NCBI GenBank assembly: GCA_022827685.1 | Contig: JAJEIH010000014.1 | Coordinates: 3,801 to 67,800, forward strand | Direction: 5' to 3' | Source: Alphaproteobacteria bacterium | GTDB taxonomy: Bacteria; Pseudomonadota; Alphaproteobacteria; Bin95 | Length of the DNA: 64,000 nucleotides | In this document: positions 16,900-28,101 of the stretch, piece after piece | Layout of the letters: each line of letters begins with the position of its first letter | Numbering within the stretch: the stretch's first letter is position 1 | Notes under the pieces: generated by a model | The model's input: the letters and a program-made list of their open reading frames with translations, nothing else | Told to the model about the DNA's origin: nothing | The model's database searches: none | Position numbers and translations under genes: made by a program

Positions 16900-18029
16900 G
16901 TCCACTCGCAACGGACCGAAGAATCGGTTTCCGCAGGCAGCCGCTTTCGCCTGAGTTCGTCGAATTCCGGTTCCGGAAGCAGTTCGCCGAGCGCCCAGAC
17001 GGCTGCGCCGCGCACAAGGGGCGCCGGATCGTCCAGCGCCCGCCTGGCCGTCGGGACGAGCCTTTCGTCGGCGCTGTTTCCGACCGCGATCAGCACATTG
17101 CGCAGGAAACGGTTGCGGCCCGTGCGCTTGATCGGCGAGCCGGCGAACACCTCCCGGAAGCCCGCGTCGTCGATGCCCGCAAGATCGGCGAGCTTGGGGG
17201 CCGTCAGCTCGATGCGCGGCAGCAGTTCCGGTTCGCTGGCGCGGGCGGCGAACTTGTTCCAGGGGCAGACGGCGAGGCAGTCGTCGCAGCCGTAAATCCG
17301 GTTTCCCATCGCGCGGCGGAATTCGTGCGGAATGGGCCCCTTGTGCTCGATGGTGAGGTAGGAAATGCAGCGCCGCGGGTCCAGCCGATAGGGGGCGGTA
17401 AAGGCGTCGGTCGGGCAGACGTCGAGGCAGGCGCGGCAGCTTCCGCAGCGGTCCTCATGCGGCTCGTCCGGCTGGAGCGCCAGCGTCGTGAAGACCTCGC
17501 CGAGGAAAAGCCAGGAGCCGTAGCGGCGCGATACCAGATTGGTGTGCTTGCCCTGCCATCCGAGGCCCGCAGTCTCGGCCGCGGGCTTCTCCATGACCGG
17601 CGCCGTATCGACGAATACCTTGACCGCGCCGCCATGGCTTTCGACCAGCCAGCGGGCCAGCCGCTTCAGCTTGCGCTTGATGACGTCGTGGTAGTCGCGC
17701 GCCGTGCGGGCATAGACCGAAACCGCGCCGCGCTCCTTCTTCGAGAGCAGGTCAAGCGGGTCCCCTGCCGGGCCGTAGCTCACGGCCAGCGCGATCACGG
17801 TCCGGGCTTCCGGCCAGAGCGCATCGGGACTCGAACGGCGGGCCTCATGCGCGGCGAGCCAGCCCATGTCGCCGTAGCGTCCTTCCGCCAGGAACTCGCG
17901 CAGGTTGCGGCGGACCTCAAGGCGCGACGCCGCCGGCGCAAAGCCGACGGCGTCGAAGCCGAGCGCCAGCGCATATTCCCTGATTGCCGGGCCGGCCGGC
18001 GCTGGCGACGCCGGCCCGGCAGCCGCCAT
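16866..18029 (-). CDS. queG: tRNA epoxyqueuosine(34) reductase
   Basis: Two 4Fe-4S ferredoxin motifs ([23 protein letters not shown]) and a C-terminal HEAT-like repeat. Start placed at [10 protein letters not shown]; its stop/start overlaps the upstream membrane-protein gene. Confidence 0.8.
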   Translation of the reverse strand: MAAAGPASPAPAGPAIREYALALGFDAVGFAPAASRLEVRRNLREFLAEGRYGDMGWLAAHEARRSSPDALWPEARTVIALAVSYGPAGDPLDLLSKKERGAVSVYARTARDYHDVIKRKLKRLARWLVESHGGAVKVFVDTAPVMEKPAAETAGLGWQGKHTNLVSRRYGSWLFLGEVFTTLALQPDEPHEDRCGSCRACLDVCPTDAFTAPYRLDPRRCISYLTIEHKGPIPHEFRRAMGNRIYGCDDCLAVCPWNKFAARASEPELLPRIELTAPKLADLAGIDDAGFREVFAGSPIKRTGRNRFLRNVLIAVGNSADERLVPTARRALDDPAPLVRGAAVWALGELLPEPEFDELRRKRLPAETDSSVRCEWTYEEPSASSRR

Positions 18030-18532
18030 CAGAATGGCGGGTTCTGCGCCGCAAGCATCCCGTAAAGCATCGGGATCGAGAGCATGGTGTTGGTGCGCGA
18101 GAACAGGAGCGCCCGCCGCGCAGCCGGGGGCTTCTGGTCGTCCGGCGCGTCCACGATGCCGAGCGCGATCTTCTGGCTGGGCCAGATCACGAACCAGACA
18201 TTGAAGGCCATGATGAGACCGAGCCACATGCCGATGCCGATGAAGGCGCTGACGCTGCTGTTGTCGGCAAGACCGATGGCGAGCCAGTCGCCGAACGTGC
18301 CTTGCATCAGGGCCAGCAGAAGGCCCCAGAGCACCGTCGAGGCCGCCGACCAGCGGAACCAGAACAGTACGGCCGGAGCGATGTGCTTGCCGATGGCGGG
18401 TTTCATCTCATCGGGGATCTTCGGCATGGTCGGGACCTGCACGAAGTTCAGGTACCAGAGCAGGCCGATCCACATCACGCCGCTCAGGACATGGAACCAG
18501 CGAACGAGATGGAGAAGGAATTCATTTTCCAT
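18029..18532 (-). CDS. Hypothetical integral membrane protein (4-5 predicted TM helices)
   Basis: Hydrophobic segments ([56 protein letters not shown]). Confidence 0.55.
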   Translation of the reverse strand: MENEFLLHLVRWFHVLSGVMWIGLLWYLNFVQVPTMPKIPDEMKPAIGKHIAPAVLFWFRWSAASTVLWGLLLALMQGTFGDWLAIGLADNSSVSAFIGIGMWLGLIMAFNVWFVIWPSQKIALGIVDAPDDQKPPAARRALLFSRTNTMLSIPMLYGMLAAQNPPF

Positions 18533-18555
18533 GACGTGTCGTCCTCCTTTCCGTG

Positions 18556-18652
18556 CCTAGCTGCCGATCGCCTGGGCGACGATAATCAGGACGACGGTCA
18601 GCACGACCCCCAGTCCGACTGTCATATGAAGCGATTCCAAGGGGTTCTTCAT
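18556..18652 (-). CDS. Small hydrophobic peptide (32 aa, MKNPLESLHMTVGLGVVLTVVLIIVAQAIGS), possibly co-transcribed with the downstream membrane protein
   Basis: Short ORF with a single TM-like stretch, 24 bp upstream of the membrane-protein start. No similarity recognised. Confidence 0.3.
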
Positions 18653-18799
18653 CGACGTCTCCTCCCCGCCGGGTTTCCGCGCGATTATATCAGCAAGGCG
18701 GCGTTGAAAAGCAAGCAGCGTTTGCGTTGCCGCCGGGGATTTCCCGGCTGCAAAACCCGGCCGGGCCCCGTTTGCGGGCTGCCCCGAAGCCCCGGAGAA

Positions 18800-19609
18800 C
18801 TACCCTGGCCGGTGCAACAGCGCCGCAAATCCGGCGAGCAGGAAATCGAATCTTCCGAGGCGCACGGGACCCGCAAGCGGATCGCGGCGGCGCAGCTGCC
18901 GCGCCAGCCTGCGGCCCGCGGCGACGGTCATCGCAGCCTGCGCGGCCAGTCCGCGGTGATGAAGCCGGCCGGGCAGGCCGGCGGCGATCGCCAGCATGTC
19001 GTCCACGCGGTCGAGGCAGGCGTCCAGCGCCGCACGCAGGGCAGGCGCGGCGCGGCGCTCCGCCAGCAGGCTGCGATCGGGCAACAGCGCGGCCGGGATA
19101 TAGACGCGGTCGAGCCGGCGGTAGTCCTCGCCGCAATTCCCGACAATGCCCAGCACCCCGTGAGCCGTGGCGAGAGCATCGGCCTGCCGCGCCGCCTCGT
19201 CCCCCTCATTGTGCAGCGCCAGCAGGAACCGCCCGACCGGCACGGCGGAAAAGCTGCAATAGAGGATGAGGTCGTTCCAGCTCTCGCAGGACTTCCCGCG
19301 CGCATCCTGGCGTAAGGCGTCCAGCATCATCAGCGCCGGCCGGACCGAAGCCGGCGTGCCGGCAAGCGCGGCGCACAGGTTCGCGGCTTCCGGCGGGCCG
19401 GTCCCGTTTCGCAGGCCGGCATCCAGCATGTCGAGCCGCGCAAGCTTCTCTACTGCTTCGAGTTCGGGGGAGTCGGCAATATCGTCGGCAGCCCGGGCGA
19501 AGCGGTAGAAGGCCAGAACGGGGGCCCTGCTCTCGGCGGGCAGATATCGGGAAACAACCGGAAAGTTCTCGTCCTTCGGGGTCTTGCCGGGACGCGGCGG
19601 GGCGCTCAT
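18800..19609 (-). CDS. Squalene/phytoene-synthase-family protein (HpnC-like hydroxysqualene synthase)
   Basis: ENFPVVSRYLP N-terminal motif and AFYRFARAADDIAD aspartate-rich region typical of the trans-isoprenyl diphosphate synthase head-to-head family. Confidence 0.7.
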   Translation of the reverse strand: MSAPPRPGKTPKDENFPVVSRYLPAESRAPVLAFYRFARAADDIADSPELEAVEKLARLDMLDAGLRNGTGPPEAANLCAALAGTPASVRPALMMLDALRQDARGKSCESWNDLILYCSFSAVPVGRFLLALHNEGDEAARQADALATAHGVLGIVGNCGEDYRRLDRVYIPAALLPDRSLLAERRAAPALRAALDACLDRVDDMLAIAAGLPGRLHHRGLAAQAAMTVAAGRRLARQLRRRDPLAGPVRLGRFDFLLAGFAALLHRPG

Positions 19610-19662
19610 CGTCCCTCCTCAAGACTGCGGTCGGTTCCTTCCTTGCCCGAAGATAGTGCGCC

Positions 19663-20373
19663 ATGGCCGAGCAAAGCAACGACGCCGCCTATTGCAGGGA
19701 CCGGGTCTGCCGTTTCGACCCGGACCGCGCGGCCGTCATTGCCTTCCAGCCGGCGGAAAGCAGGCCCGGCCTGTATGCGCTGCACGCCTTCAATCTCGAA
19801 GTGGCGCAGCTGCGCGAGACCGTGGGCGAGCCGGCGCTGGGCGCGATGCGGCTGCAATGGTGGCGCGACGCGCTCGGCGAGGCCGCCGCGGGCCGGGAGC
19901 GCCGCCACGCCGTGCTGCAGCCGCTGGCCGCCGCCATCCGCGGCCACGACCTGCCGGAAGAGGGCTTCCGCCGCCTTCTCGATGCGCGCGAGGCCGACCT
20001 CGAAGCGGCGCCGCCCGCCGATCTGCCGGCCTATGCGCGGGAGACGGGCGGAACGCTGGCGGCGCTTGCGGGGCGGATCGTCAGCGGGCAGGCGGGCAGC
20101 GAGGATACCGGCACTGCCTGGGCGCTCGTCGGCTGGCTGCGCGCCGCGGCCTTCTTCGGCTGGACGTTACCGGAGGAAAGCGAGCCGCGCGCAATCGCCA
20201 CGGAAGCCCTGGCCCTGTTGGGGACAGCCGGGGACTCCTACGGCCGTGCGCTCGCGGCGCTCACGCGCGGCTATATCCGAAAACTCGAGCGGCTGGATTA
20301 CGATCTCTCCGATTCGCGCGCCGCCGGGCCGTTGCGGCTCAGGGGCTGGCGCATCGCGTTTGGGAGGGGTTGA
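19663..20373 (+). CDS. Divergent squalene/phytoene-synthase-family protein (short, 236 aa)
   Basis: Weak but recognisable phytoene-synthase-like pattern (YCRDRV...LYALHAFNLEVAQLRE...LQWWRDAL). Confidence 0.5.
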   Translation: MAEQSNDAAYCRDRVCRFDPDRAAVIAFQPAESRPGLYALHAFNLEVAQLRETVGEPALGAMRLQWWRDALGEAAAGRERRHAVLQPLAAAIRGHDLPEEGFRRLLDAREADLEAAPPADLPAYARETGGTLAALAGRIVSGQAGSEDTGTAWALVGWLRAAAFFGWTLPEESEPRAIATEALALLGTAGDSYGRALAALTRGYIRKLERLDYDLSDSRAAGPLRLRGWRIAFGRG

Positions 20374-20376
20374 AGC

Positions 20377-21549
20377 ATGGCGAAGGCAGGCCAGGTCGTA
20401 TTCTCGCGGATGCAGAGGGTCGTGTGGGGACGGCCTGCTGCGGAAGTCGTGGCCGAAGAAGCGGGCCGGCTCGGGGCGGAGCGCGTCTTCCTCATCGTGA
20501 GCCGGACGCTGAACCGCGAGAGCGATGTCGTCTCGGGGATCGGGAGGGGACTCGGAAACCGCGTGGCCGGGCTGTTCGAAGGCATTCCGGCGCATGTCCA
20601 CCGCGAAACCGTGATCGCCGCGACTCGCGAGGCCCGCGCGGCAAAGGCGGACCTGATCGTGACCGTTGGCGGCAGTTCGGCCTCCGGCGTCGGCAAGATG
20701 GCGCGCCTCGCGCTGGCGCACGGACTCGAAACCGTGGACGACATGGAGCCGTTCCGCACGGTCGTGGCGCCCGACGGCACGAAAACGAAGCCCGACTTCC
20801 GGGGGCCCGATATCGGCCAGGTCGCCGTGCCGACAACGCTTTCGGGCGGCGAGTACTACCACTACCAGGGCAGCACCGACACGCGCATCCCGGAGAAGCA
20901 GGGCTACGAGCACCCGGACATGATCCCGACCTCGGTGGTGCTGGACCCCTGGGCCGCGCTGCATACGCCTGAGTGGCTGTGGTTCTCCACCGGCATCCGC
21001 GCGGTGGACCATGCGGTCGAGGGGCTCTGCGCGCCCGGCGCCAACCCCTGGACCGATGGCATGAACCTCCAGGCGCTCAGGCTTCTGGCCCGCTCGCTCG
21101 CGGCGTCGAAGGCGGCGCCCGGGGATGTCGATGCGCGGCTCGAAAGCCAGTTGGGCGCCTGGATGTCGATGGCCGGCGTGACGGCCGGGGTGCCGGTCGG
21201 CGCCAGCCACGGCATCGGCCATGTGCTCGGCGGCGCCTGCGACGTGCCGCATGGCTATACCTCCTGCATCATGCTGGCTCCGGTGTTGCGCTGGAACCGG
21301 CAGGCGGTAGCGGAGCGCCAGCGGGTCGTGTCCGGGGCGATGGGAGTGCCGGACCGGCCGGCGGCCGACCTCGTGGCCGAGCTGGTCTCGCTGCTCGGCC
21401 TGCCGTCGCGCCTCGGCGATGTCGGGGTCGGGCGGGACCGCTTTGCGGAGATCGCGGAGCAGGCGATGCGCGAACCCTTCGTCCACGCCAACCCGCGCCC
21501 CGTGCGCAGCGTCGGGGATGTCCTGGAAATTCTGGAAAGCGCGATGTAG
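20377..21549 (+). CDS. Iron-containing alcohol dehydrogenase family (maleylacetate-reductase-like)
   Basis: Fe-ADH fold motifs ([21 protein letters not shown]). Confidence 0.8.
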   Translation: MAKAGQVVFSRMQRVVWGRPAAEVVAEEAGRLGAERVFLIVSRTLNRESDVVSGIGRGLGNRVAGLFEGIPAHVHRETVIAATREARAAKADLIVTVGGSSASGVGKMARLALAHGLETVDDMEPFRTVVAPDGTKTKPDFRGPDIGQVAVPTTLSGGEYYHYQGSTDTRIPEKQGYEHPDMIPTSVVLDPWAALHTPEWLWFSTGIRAVDHAVEGLCAPGANPWTDGMNLQALRLLARSLAASKAAPGDVDARLESQLGAWMSMAGVTAGVPVGASHGIGHVLGGACDVPHGYTSCIMLAPVLRWNRQAVAERQRVVSGAMGVPDRPAADLVAELVSLLGLPSRLGDVGVGRDRFAEIAEQAMREPFVHANPRPVRSVGDVLEILESAM

Positions 21550-21632
21550 CGGCGCTTTCGGGCTTCCGGGACTGGCGGGGCTCGGGCTTGCTGTCTATAT
21601 TGCCTGCACTGGGTGGAGGAGGGCATTCAACG

Positions 21633-22655
21633 ATGGACGGCGGCCCCTGGGGCGGCGCGGCGCCGATTATCGACCCGTTCGGGCGCGCGATCACCTATCT
21701 GCGCGTCTCGGTGACGGACCGCTGCGACTTCCGTTGCGTCTATTGCATGTCGGAGCACATGACGTTCCTGCCGAAGCGCGACCTGCTGACGCTTGAGGAG
21801 CTCGACCGGTTGTGCAGCGCGTTCGTGCGCATGGGCGTGGCCAAGCTGCGGCTCACCGGCGGCGAGCCGCTGATGCGGCGCAATGTGATGCAGCTCATCC
21901 ATTCGCTCGGCCGCCATCTCGACGGGGGCGGGCTCGAGGAACTCACGATCACCACCAACGGCAGCCAGCTCGGCCGCTTCTCGCAGGGCCTCTTCGAGGC
22001 CGGCATGCGCCGGGTGAATGTTTCGCTCGACACGCTCGACCCGGTGAAATTCAAGGACATCACCCGCTGGGGCCGCTTCGAGCAGGTGATGGCCGGGCTG
22101 GACGCGGCGCAGGCCGCAGGGCTCGCGGTCAAGATCAACATGGTCGCGCTGCGCGGCGTCAATGACGACGAGTTCGACGCGATGATCGCCTGGTGCGGCG
22201 AGCGCGGCTTCGACCTCGTCATCATCGAGGTCATGCCGATGGGCGATATCGGCGAGGACCGCCTCGACCAGTACATGCCGCTCTCCATGGTGCGCGCGAA
22301 GATCGAGCGCAACTGGACGCTCGACGAAACCGACTACAGCACCGGCGGCCCCGCGCGATACGCCACCGTCCGCGAAACCGGCGGGCGGATCGGCTTCATC
22401 ACGCCGCTCACGCATAATTTCTGCGAAAGCTGCAACCGCGTGCGGCTGACCTGCACGGGCACGCTCTATATGTGCCTCGGCCAGGAGGATGCCGCCGACC
22501 TCCGCGCGCCGCTCAGGGCCGCTTCGGACGACGCGCCGCTGGAGGAGGCCGTGCGCGAGGCAATCTCGCGCAAGCCCAAGGGCCACGATTTCGTCATCGA
22601 CCGGCGGCGGGGCGCGGTTTCCGTGCCGCGCCATATGAGCGTGACCGGCGGCTGA
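21633..22655 (+). CDS. moaA: GTP 3',8-cyclase (molybdenum cofactor biosynthesis protein A)
   Basis: Radical-SAM CxxxCxxC (CDFRCVYCM), the twitch-domain C-terminal cysteines ([18 protein letters not shown]) and the GGEPL motif. Confidence 0.9.
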   Translation: MDGGPWGGAAPIIDPFGRAITYLRVSVTDRCDFRCVYCMSEHMTFLPKRDLLTLEELDRLCSAFVRMGVAKLRLTGGEPLMRRNVMQLIHSLGRHLDGGGLEELTITTNGSQLGRFSQGLFEAGMRRVNVSLDTLDPVKFKDITRWGRFEQVMAGLDAAQAAGLAVKINMVALRGVNDDEFDAMIAWCGERGFDLVIIEVMPMGDIGEDRLDQYMPLSMVRAKIERNWTLDETDYSTGGPARYATVRETGGRIGFITPLTHNFCESCNRVRLTCTGTLYMCLGQEDAADLRAPLRAASDDAPLEEAVREAISRKPKGHDFVIDRRRGAVSVPRHMSVTGG

Positions 22656-22673
22656 CGCGGCCGCCTTTCTTCG

Positions 22674-23441
22674 ATGACCGCTCCGCGCCTGGCGTTCGTT
22701 GCCGCCGAGACGCCTGCGGCGCAGGAGGCGCGCCGGGCGCTTGCGGCCGCCTATGGTGACAAGTCGCCGGCGGAGGCGGACATCGTCGTGGCGATCGGCG
22801 GCGACGGTTTCATGCTGGAGACCCTGCACAGCTTCGGCGACCGCCCGCCGCCGATCTACGGCATGAACCGCGGCAGCGTCGGTTTCCTGATGAACGGCTT
22901 TCGCGTCGAGGACCTGCCCGAACGGATCGGGGCCGCCGAGACGGTCAGCCTCCACCCGCTGCTGATGGAAGCGCGCACGCTTGCCGGGCAGATGCGCCGG
23001 GCCCGCGCCATCAACGAAGTCTCGCTGCTGCGCGAGACGCGGCAGACGGCGAAGGTCTGCATCGAGGTGGACGGCGTCGTGCGGATGGAGGAGCTGATGT
23101 GCGACGGCGTCATCGTGGCGACGCCCGCCGGCAGCACGGCCTACAATCTCTCCGCGCACGGGCCCATCCTGCCGCTCCGGGGGCAGTCGCTCTGCATCAC
23201 GCCGATCAGCGCCTTCCGGCCGCGGCGCTGGCCGGGGGCCATCCTGCCGGACACGGTGACCGTGCGGCTGACCGTTCTGGAGGCCCGCAAGCGGCCGGTG
23301 AGCGCGGTCGCCGACTTCACCGAGGTGCGCGACGCGGCCGAAGTGCTGGTGCATCGCGATGAGGGGACGGAGCTGCACCTGCTGTTCGATCCCGACCGGA
23401 GCCTGGAGGAGCGTATCCTGAAGGAGCAGTTCCAACCGTGA
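22674..23441 (+). CDS. nadK: NAD+ kinase
   Basis: [15 protein letters not shown] and [22 protein letters not shown] motifs. Confidence 0.9.
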   Translation: MTAPRLAFVAAETPAAQEARRALAAAYGDKSPAEADIVVAIGGDGFMLETLHSFGDRPPPIYGMNRGSVGFLMNGFRVEDLPERIGAAETVSLHPLLMEARTLAGQMRRARAINEVSLLRETRQTAKVCIEVDGVVRMEELMCDGVIVATPAGSTAYNLSAHGPILPLRGQSLCITPISAFRPRRWPGAILPDTVTVRLTVLEARKRPVSAVADFTEVRDAAEVLVHRDEGTELHLLFDPDRSLEERILKEQFQP

Positions 23442-24508
23442 TGCGCGCAGTGCGCGAACTCGCGCGGAATTGGCCCCTGCTCCTCAAGACGCTTGCGATC
23501 GGTGCTTGCGGCGGCACCCTGTTCACCCTGATCGGGAGCCCCCTGCCCTGGATGATGGGCAGCCTGTTCGCCTGCACCGTCGCGGCGCTTGCGGGCGTGC
23601 GCCTCTACATGCCGAACGATGTGCGCCGTGTGTGGATGGTCGTGCTGGGCGTCATGCTGGGTGCCGCCTTCGCGCCCGACGTGCTGGACCGGCTGGCGAC
23701 ATGGGGCGGCGTGTTTGCGGGCATGCTTGCCTTCACCATCGCCGGCGCGGCGGCCGGCGCCTGGTTCTTCCGCCGGGTCGGGCGCATGGACCGGCGGACG
23801 GCCTTCTTTTGCGCCGCGCCGGGCGGCCTGGGCGAGATGGCGCTGCTCGGCCCGTCAATGGGCGCGGACGAGCGCGCTATCCTGCTGTCCCACTCAACCC
23901 GCATCCTGATGGTGATGTTCATCGTGCCGCCGGCCTACCGGCTGCTCACCGACTATGTGCCGCCGCCCGATCTCGGCGGATCCCGGCTCACGGACCTGAG
24001 CCTCCGTGACTGGGCCGTGCTCACGGCGTCTGCTGTTATCGGCGGCGGCGCGGCCAGGCTGCTCCGCATTCCGGCCTGGCAGATGGTCGGGCCGATGCTG
24101 GCGAGCGCGGCCGCGCATATCGGCGGCCTGACGGCGTCGCGCCCGCCGACCGAACTTCTTGCCGCGGCCCAGGTATTCATCGGCTGCGGGGCGGGGGCGC
24201 GCTTCGTCGGCGTGCGCCCGCGGGAGCTGGGGCGCACGGTGGCCGTCTCGGTCATGTATTACGCCTTCTTCCTGGCGGCGGCTTTCCTCGTCGCCGCGCT
24301 GGTGGCGTCCGTGGGCGGCTTCGACTTCAAGGCCGTCCACCTTGCCTACACGCCCGGCGGCTTCGCCGAAATGAACCTGATCGCGCTCTCGCTCGATATC
24401 GATGTCGCCTTCGTGGCGACGCACCACACCGGGCGCCTCTTCGTCGTGGTGATCGGCGCAGCTCTGCTCGCCCGCATGCTCTGGCCGGCGGCGCGCCGGG
24501 GAGGGTAG
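23438..24508 (+). CDS. AbrB-family (AbrB-duplication) membrane protein
   Basis: Two repeated hydrophobic halves, each with an [11 protein letters not shown]-like motif. Confidence 0.65.
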   Translation: MMRAVRELARNWPLLLKTLAIGACGGTLFTLIGSPLPWMMGSLFACTVAALAGVRLYMPNDVRRVWMVVLGVMLGAAFAPDVLDRLATWGGVFAGMLAFTIAGAAAGAWFFRRVGRMDRRTAFFCAAPGGLGEMALLGPSMGADERAILLSHSTRILMVMFIVPPAYRLLTDYVPPPDLGGSRLTDLSLRDWAVLTASAVIGGGAARLLRIPAWQMVGPMLASAAAHIGGLTASRPPTELLAAAQVFIGCGAGARFVGVRPRELGRTVAVSVMYYAFFLAAAFLVAALVASVGGFDFKAVHLAYTPGGFAEMNLIALSLDIDVAFVATHHTGRLFVVVIGAALLARMLWPAARRGG

Positions 24509-24524
24509 GAGACCGCCGGAGAGT

Positions 24525-27500
24525 CTAAATCTCCTGAATTTCCTCGATATTCCTCATCGCCTTCAACTCGGCGAGCATGCCGGGCGTGACGGTGAAGCGG
24601 CTGCCGAGCGACATCTGGACTTCATGGGTCCTGTCCATGTCGAACAGGATCCGGACCTCGCCGCGGCCGGCCGGCTCCCGCTGCAGCACGTTCTGGATGC
24701 GGGGCAGGGCCTCGAAATTGTCGATGAAGATGCTGACGCCGTTGCCGGTCTTGCCGACCGCGGCATCCAGCGGCTCGACGCTTTTCGCGGTGAGGCGGAC
24801 ATCCTCGCCGTCCATGGCCGCTTCGCAGGCGAACAGCAGCGGCTTCCCGGTATCGAGCAGCGTCCTCGCCGAAGCCAGCACTTCCGAGAACAGCGTGATC
24901 TCCGACTGGCCGGAACTGTCGGAAACGGCGACGAAGGCGAAACGGTTTCCGCGTCTCGAGGTGCGTTCCTGCCTGGACAGCACCGTGCCTGCGATGTTCA
25001 CCGCATTGCGCCCCCGTTTCACCAGCCCCGGCAGGGCGCGGATCGGTTCGACGCGCAGGCGCGGGAAATAGCGTTCGTATTCATCCAGCGGGTGGGCGGA
25101 CAGGTAGAAGCCGGTGGCGTCGAACTCGTGCTGGAGGCGCTCCATCGGCTCCCAATTCGGGGCGTTCGGCAGTTTCGGGTCCGGCACGAAGTCCTCGACG
25201 GCGCCGAAGAGGTTGGTCTGGTTGGTCGTCCGCTCCTCTTCCTCGACGGCCGCATGGCGCATCAGCATTTCCGCGCCGGCGAAAACGCGGGCCCGGTCCG
25301 GCTCCAGCGAGTCGAAGGCGCCGGCCTCCGCCAGTTTTTCCAGCAACCGCGAGTTCAGGGCTCTCGGGCCGAGCCGCCCGGCAAAGTCGAACAGGGTCTT
25401 GAAGGGTCCGCCGGAGCCGCGTTCCCTCTCCACCGCCTCCATGGCGGCCCTGCCGACGGATTTGACCGCGGCGAGGGCATAGCGGATGGCGGGCGCGCCT
25501 TCCGGCGCCGCCTCGACCTGGAAGAGGGCGCCGGAGTGCTGCACGTCCGGGGGCAGCAACGCGACGTCCATCCGGTCCAGCTCGCGAAGCAGGGGGGCGA
25601 GCTTGTCCGTATTGCCGAGTTCATGGGTCATGGATGCGGCCATGAATTCGACCGGATGGTTAGCCTTGAGCCAGGCCGTCTGGTAGGCGATCAGCGCATA
25701 GGCGGCGGCGTGGGATTTGTTGAAGCCGTAGCCCGCAAACTTGTCCACCAGGTTGAATATCTTTTCGGCCAGTTTCGGCTCGACGCCGCGCGAAACCGCG
25801 CCGCCGATGAATGTCTCTCTCTGGGCATCCATCTCCGACTGGATTTTCTTGCCCATGGCGCGGCGCAACAAGTCCGCGCCCCCGAGCGTGTAACCGGACA
25901 GGACCTGGGCAATTTGCATCACCTGTTCCTGGTAAATTATAATCCCGTATGTTTCCTCCAATATTGGCTGGAGGGTCTCATACATGTAGTCTATGTTTTC
26001 ACTTCCGTGTTTTCTCTTGATGTAAGTCGGGATATTCTCCATCGGTCCGGGACGGTAAAGCGCAACGACGGCGATCAGGTCCTCGAACCGGGTCGGTTTC
26101 AGCTTTTTCAGCGTGTCCCGCATGCCAGCGCCTTCCATCTGGAACACGCCGACAGTGTCTCCGCGCGACAGCATTTCAAAGGTTGTTTTGTCGTCAAGAG
26201 GCAGTTTCAACAGGTCAATTTCAACGCCCTTTTCCGCCAGCATCTTGCGGGTATCTTCCAGAACCGTCAGCGTCTTGAGGCCGAGAAAGTCGAATTTGAC
26301 AAGGCCCGACGCTTCCGCCCATTTCATGCTGAATTGCACCGCCGGAATGTCGGACGAACCGCGATCGCGATAGAGCGGGGCGATATGCTGCAGCGGCCGG
26401 TCCGCGATCACCACGCCCGCCGCGTGGGTCGAGGCGTGCCGGTAGAGCCCTTCCAGCTTGAGCGCCAGATGGATGAGTTGCCCGACAGTCTCGTCCTCGT
26501 CCCTCATGGACTGCAGGGCCGGCTCGTTGGCGACGGCCTCTTCCAGCTTCGGCGGGTTCGCGGGGTTGTGCGGCACCAGCTTGCTGATCCGGTCCACCTG
26601 CCCGAACGGCATGCCGAGCACGCGGCCGACATCGCGGAGCGCGGCGCGCGCCTGCAGCTTGCCGAAGGTGATGATCTGCGCCACCCGGTCGTGGCCGTAG
26701 CGGTCCTGGACATGGGCGATGACCTCATCGCGCCGGTCCTGGCAGAAGTCGATGTCGAAGTCCGGCATCGAGACGCGCTCGGGATTGAGGAAGCGCTCGA
26801 ACAGGAGCCCCCAGCGCAGCGGGTCCAGATCGGTGATCTGCAGGGCCCAGGCGACGACCGACCCCGCCCCGGACCCGCGGCCCGGTCCGACCGGAATGCC
26901 CTGGTTCTTCGCCCAGCGGATGAACTCGGAAACGATCAGGAAATAGCCGGGGAATTTCATATCGACGATGACGCCGAGCTCGTATTCGAGCCGTTCCCGA
27001 TAGGGTTTTGCGTCTTCCTCGCCGGCGCCCTGCGGGAAGACATGCTCGGCCAGCCGCCCCTCCAGGCCTTCGCGCGCCAGGCGTCGCAATTCCTCCGCTT
27101 CGTCCACACCGGGATCGAAAGCGGGGAGGATCGGCTCCGACTCGGTCGGCATGAAGGCGCAGCGCCGTGCTATGGTCAGCGTGTTGTCGGCGGCTTCGGG
27201 CAGATCGGCAAAGAGCGCGCGCATCTCTTCGGCCGTCTTGAAGCGGTGGTCCGGCGTCAGGCGCGGCCGGTCTTCCTCCTCGACCCGCCGCGCGGAGGCG
27301 ATGCAGAGCAGCGCATCATGCGCCTCGTAATCGTCCGCCGCGCCGAAATGCACATCGTTGGTGGCGACCAGCGGTAGGTTGAGCGCGTAGGCGAGCTCTA
27401 TCGACGCTTCCTCCTCCTCCGGGCGCCTGCCTTCGCCGTGGCGCATCAGCTCGACATAAAGGCGGCCCGGAAACAGCGCGGAAAGGCGCTCCAACAGCTC

Positions 27501-27971
27501 GCGCGCAAGCTCCGTGCGGCCCTGCGCAAGCGCGCGGCCGACCGGGCCGCGCGGGCCGCCGCTCAGCGCAATCACGCCGTCCGTGCGGCCTTCGAGGCGG
27601 CTCCACTCGACATGCGGCGCGTCCGTTCCGGGCGTTTCCAGGAAGGAGGCGGTGACGAGTTCGAGCAGATTGCGGTAGCCGGTTTCGTTCTGCGCCAGCA
27701 GCAGGACGGGCGCCGGCTCGTCGTCGTGGCGCGTGCGCCGCCGGGGCTCGTCGCCGACCGTCAGCAGCGTGCCGACGATGGGCTGGACGCCGGCTTGCGA
27801 GGCATAGACGGCGAACTCCATCGCGCCGAACAGATTGCCGCTGTCCGTGACCGCAACCGCCGGCATGCGGGACTGCCTGCAAAGCGAAACCAGGTCCTCG
27901 ATCCGGACCGCCCCTTCCGACAGCGAGTAGGCGGAATGCACCCGCAGATGCACGAAATCGGCATGAGGCAT
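24525..27971 (-). CDS. dnaE: DNA polymerase III alpha subunit
   Basis: 1,148 aa. PHP domain N-terminus (FVHLRVHSAYSLSEGA), polymerase core (GxxDxDFD...) and an OB-fold C-terminus. Confidence 0.95.
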   Translation of the reverse strand: MPHADFVHLRVHSAYSLSEGAVRIEDLVSLCRQSRMPAVAVTDSGNLFGAMEFAVYASQAGVQPIVGTLLTVGDEPRRRTRHDDEPAPVLLLAQNETGYRNLLELVTASFLETPGTDAPHVEWSRLEGRTDGVIALSGGPRGPVGRALAQGRTELARELLERLSALFPGRLYVELMRHGEGRRPEEEEASIELAYALNLPLVATNDVHFGAADDYEAHDALLCIASARRVEEEDRPRLTPDHRFKTAEEMRALFADLPEAADNTLTIARRCAFMPTESEPILPAFDPGVDEAEELRRLAREGLEGRLAEHVFPQGAGEEDAKPYRERLEYELGVIVDMKFPGYFLIVSEFIRWAKNQGIPVGPGRGSGAGSVVAWALQITDLDPLRWGLLFERFLNPERVSMPDFDIDFCQDRRDEVIAHVQDRYGHDRVAQIITFGKLQARAALRDVGRVLGMPFGQVDRISKLVPHNPANPPKLEEAVANEPALQSMRDEDETVGQLIHLALKLEGLYRHASTHAAGVVIADRPLQHIAPLYRDRGSSDIPAVQFSMKWAEASGLVKFDFLGLKTLTVLEDTRKMLAEKGVEIDLLKLPLDDKTTFEMLSRGDTVGVFQMEGAGMRDTLKKLKPTRFEDLIAVVALYRPGPMENIPTYIKRKHGSENIDYMYETLQPILEETYGIIIYQEQVMQIAQVLSGYTLGGADLLRRAMGKKIQSEMDAQRETFIGGAVSRGVEPKLAEKIFNLVDKFAGYGFNKSHAAAYALIAYQTAWLKANHPVEFMAASMTHELGNTDKLAPLLRELDRMDVALLPPDVQHSGALFQVEAAPEGAPAIRYALAAVKSVGRAAMEAVERERGSGGPFKTLFDFAGRLGPRALNSRLLEKLAEAGAFDSLEPDRARVFAGAEMLMRHAAVEEEERTTNQTNLFGAVEDFVPDPKLPNAPNWEPMERLQHEFDATGFYLSAHPLDEYERYFPRLRVEPIRALPGLVKRGRNAVNIAGTVLSRQERTSRRGNRFAFVAVSDSSGQSEITLFSEVLASARTLLDTGKPLLFACEAAMDGEDVRLTAKSVEPLDAAVGKTGNGVSIFIDNFEALPRIQNVLQREPAGRGEVRILFDMDRTHEVQMSLGSRFTVTPGMLAELKAMRNIEEIQEI

Positions 27972-28101
27972 CGGGCCCGAACTCCCTCACCGTCGGTCAT
28001 TCGGGTCCTAACCGGATTCGCCCGCCCGGAGCGAGCGAATTACCCACAAATGCGCAGAAATCGCCGGCGGCGGAACCGTTCCGTCCGCGGCGGAAGCGGC
28101 C

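Noticed and set aside
24624-27377. 917-aa + strand ORF
   Set aside because: Antisense to dnaE. Composition artefact.
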